Below are positions 61,357 to 64,000 of a DNA stretch of 64,000 nucleotides, in pieces. Position 1 is the first letter of the stretch, and the number at the start of each line of letters is the position of its first letter. A program made the position numbers and the translations under genes. Location of the stretch: the NCBI GenBank assembly GCA_040285855.1, contig JAUFOQ010000003.1, positions 2,356,001 to 2,420,000 of the forward strand, written 5' to 3'. This stretch comes from Eukaryota sp. GEM-RC1. Lineage: Eukaryota. Under the pieces are notes generated by a model, which did not search any database, had not been told where the DNA came from, and was given only the letters and a program-made list of their open reading frames with translations.

Positions 61357-64000
61357 TGTTAGTGTAATGACTCATCAGGACTCAATTGTATAATAAATTC
61401 ACTTTTACTCTCTAACATGGTACCTAAGACCAACAATAATTATAGTGGCCTCTGCAAAGAGTTACAATGTATGTGTACTCCGGAGAACTTCACTCCTGGA
61501 AACCAAACTAACCCAAATCCTAGTTCCGTTCTAGGTGAAGATTCCAGTTCCGCCCTGGCTTCTTCCAAGTCTTCCACCGTGAAGGAACTTGGTCCAGATG
61601 GACTCCCTGGGATGACACTGTTGACTATGACATTGTTTCGGACGAAGAACCTTCTTCTAATGGAACTTCGAATGAGAAACCATTCTCTATCGAAAACCCA
61701 AATGAGGATCCATCCCCAAATACTACTATAAACGAGGAACCATCCTCCAAGGTTGATGACAATGAGGAACCTTCCTCCAATGTTAATGAAAACGAGGAAT
61801 TATCCTCCAATGTTAATGAAGACGAGGAACCATCCTCTAACAGAACACCCGCTTCCGAGTCAAATCCATCTGTTGGATGGACTTATCGACCTTCGGTAAC
61901 CCCTCCGCCTATCCCAATAGTACAGAGAACCACACCTCCTATTAGGACACCGGAACCCTTTATTCCGGAATTACCCCCTACACCGTTAGGTTTCGTAATG
62001 CCGTCTAAAGATCCACGAGCACCTCCACCTCTACACGCTAAGAGTCCCTGGAGAGAGCTATGGAATGCCGATGTGAAGATGTTTGGTTCTATTGATAAAG
62101 ATCAATGGAGTCACTTTCAAAGACAATCAGTAAACAATGCTGAGTCTTACGGTTTTGTAGAAACAGACCAGTATCTACTTAGACCAGCCAGAACACTAAA
62201 AATGTATTGGCAACGCAAAGCTAACGGATACATCCCCCTCGACCCTGAGGTTTCGAACATCCATGACTGTAACGACAAACTGATGGGCTTTATAATGGAT
62301 AAAACCCGTCCGAACTCCCTTGTTACTGTGGAACAAGCTTACAATCTCTTACGGAATCCACTTCCTAAAGATCAAGTAGAGGCGATCGAAAAACAAGTAG
62401 ACAACCTCGAAAGATACACCACTGCGAACAGCTTCTTCCATAGAAAACACACGGTAAATACCAACTCCGCGGATACCGTTCCTCCCTTGGTAGCCAACAC
62501 TCCTTATGTGCCCGGCGGATTTGTTTTTGCAAAAAAGCCCCACGCACCGAACACCCCACGTCCCAACGAACTTCCACATGACCACATGCTGGAAGAGGAC
62601 CACACTGCTACTAGAGTTGGAGCCCTATCAGTCTCACCTGAACCGGTTACTCCAACTCAATCCAGCACCAACAGTCCCAACACTGACGTAATCACACCGT
62701 ACTCAGTACTGAAATTCGCTGAACGGTTACCCACTGACTCCTCCAGTGACTTTAACAAGTTGATGAAACCGAAATCACTTCACAGTCTGGATGACGTGGA
62801 CGTAATCATTGATTGGATTGCCGATTACATGAGCTTCTGTACCGCCCAGAAGGACTATACACTACCAGCATCTTCACCACTCGGAGATCCCAAATACTTC
62901 TTCGACATTGGAAGGATTGCTGCCAAGGAAGCCGACACCCGTTGGGTCTCTCGACTTGTTGCTTACCCGGTTCAACAACAGATGAACTACCTGGGTACAG
63001 CAACGACTTCCAGTGATGAACTCTTCCGACAGATCATCTTAAGAACCCAGTTTAAAAACATCTTGACCGCAAGAAACAAACTAAACGAAGTTCAGATGAA
63101 CTGGTCGATCCAAGATTACGAACAAAGATGGCTCGACTTCATCAAACGATTTGATAAAGTGCTTAACCGAAGTACACTGATTAAATCCTCCACGGAACCG
63201 TCCTACACGATGCTGGACGAAAGAACCATCATCAAAGCTCTTTTGACTAATATCGGTCTCGCCTCTCTCTACCTAGAACTCTGGCCCAAATGGGAAGACT
63301 CCCTCCAAGGATTTACACTCCTTCTTTTCAACAATCCTCGAACACTATTACCAATGGTGCAAGAAATGGACAAAAGGTCCCACACATGTCCAACTTGAAC
63401 AAAAGAACGTGGAAATTCTCATGCACAGAGACAAGGATTCCTGGAACGACATCCCAAAAGCAATCCAACGCTCAGTATCCAAAATTTTCGCCCCAGGAAA
63501 TTTGAAGTCTAAATCATCTTCAAAGAACCCTCACAATGCAGCCCCTCCTTTCAAAAAGAAGCATCGCTCAAACTAATCTGATAGACCTCCTAAAAATGAC
63601 AACTGCTGTAGTTTTTGCGACTCCCCGGATCACAAAATCAATCTTTGTAATCATCTTGACTGTCGTAGAAGCGAGCTCCCCGCGGATCAACGTCTTTCAC
63701 GATCTGAGGCAAAAAAACCTCCCACTCGTAGTCATAGTTCGCGTAAACAAAATAAACATAGTAAGTATTTCGTTCAATCGATAAATACTATTCACAATGA
63801 TAACACATCATCGTCGGATTCACATAATCCATACATAAACCCACTCCACAACATCAGTAATTCGAGTGGTACGAACTCACTAAGCCTGAATTCAATATTC
63901 AGCATAATCGATCACCAGGATCCACCACCATTCCTCAGCTGCAGTCTGACCATCAATGGTGTTTCGATTCAGGGTCTTTGGGACAGTGGAGCATCAATGT
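61357..64000 (+). mobile_element. LTR retrotransposon 5' part: 79-bp LTR, gag-like ORF, zinc knuckle, protease (truncated by window end)
   Basis: LTR 61357-61435 matches 6953-7030; long ORF 61998-63398, open upstream to ~61540; CSFCDSPDHKINLC at ~63605; GLWDSGAS at ~63975. Confidence 0.85.
61640..61842 (+). repeat. 30-bp coding tandem repeat (~7 degenerate units, NEEPSSNVNE)
   Basis: Recurrent GAGGAACCATCCTCCAA at 30-bp spacing, in frame with gag. Confidence 0.8.

Overview
AT-rich, gene-dense, nearly intron-free eukaryotic DNA, most likely from a flagellated protist (it has IFT144/WDR19 and two 28-nt GT-AG introns). Housekeeping genes (RecQ4-like helicase, RING-pseudokinase, RalGAP/RapGAP, TRIP4-like, WDR26-like, calcineurin B-like, TMC-like, IFT144) lie among many mobile elements: hAT MITEs with 8-bp TSDs, a Mutator with a 9-bp TSD, Ty3/Gypsy elements with very short LTRs, and scrambled CRE-like non-LTR fragments. 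Many genes have 1-nt frameshifts in homopolymers, which look like long-read consensus errors. The main find is at 19.2-23.2 kb (minus strand). Four ORFs join into an approximately 1260-aa Fanzor1-type RNA-guided nuclease with an intact D-E-D RuvC triad. It carries an apparently inactivated family-B DNA polymerase 3'-5' exonuclease domain at the N-terminus and a CCHC zinc knuckle at the C-terminus. Directly downstream is a strongly structured ~190-nt candidate omegaRNA, and the sequence at its guide position matches a second locus in this window. The second find is an Hsp70-like gene with a vWA domain inserted inside its substrate-binding domain. All family calls come from motif recognition by eye; no database search was run.
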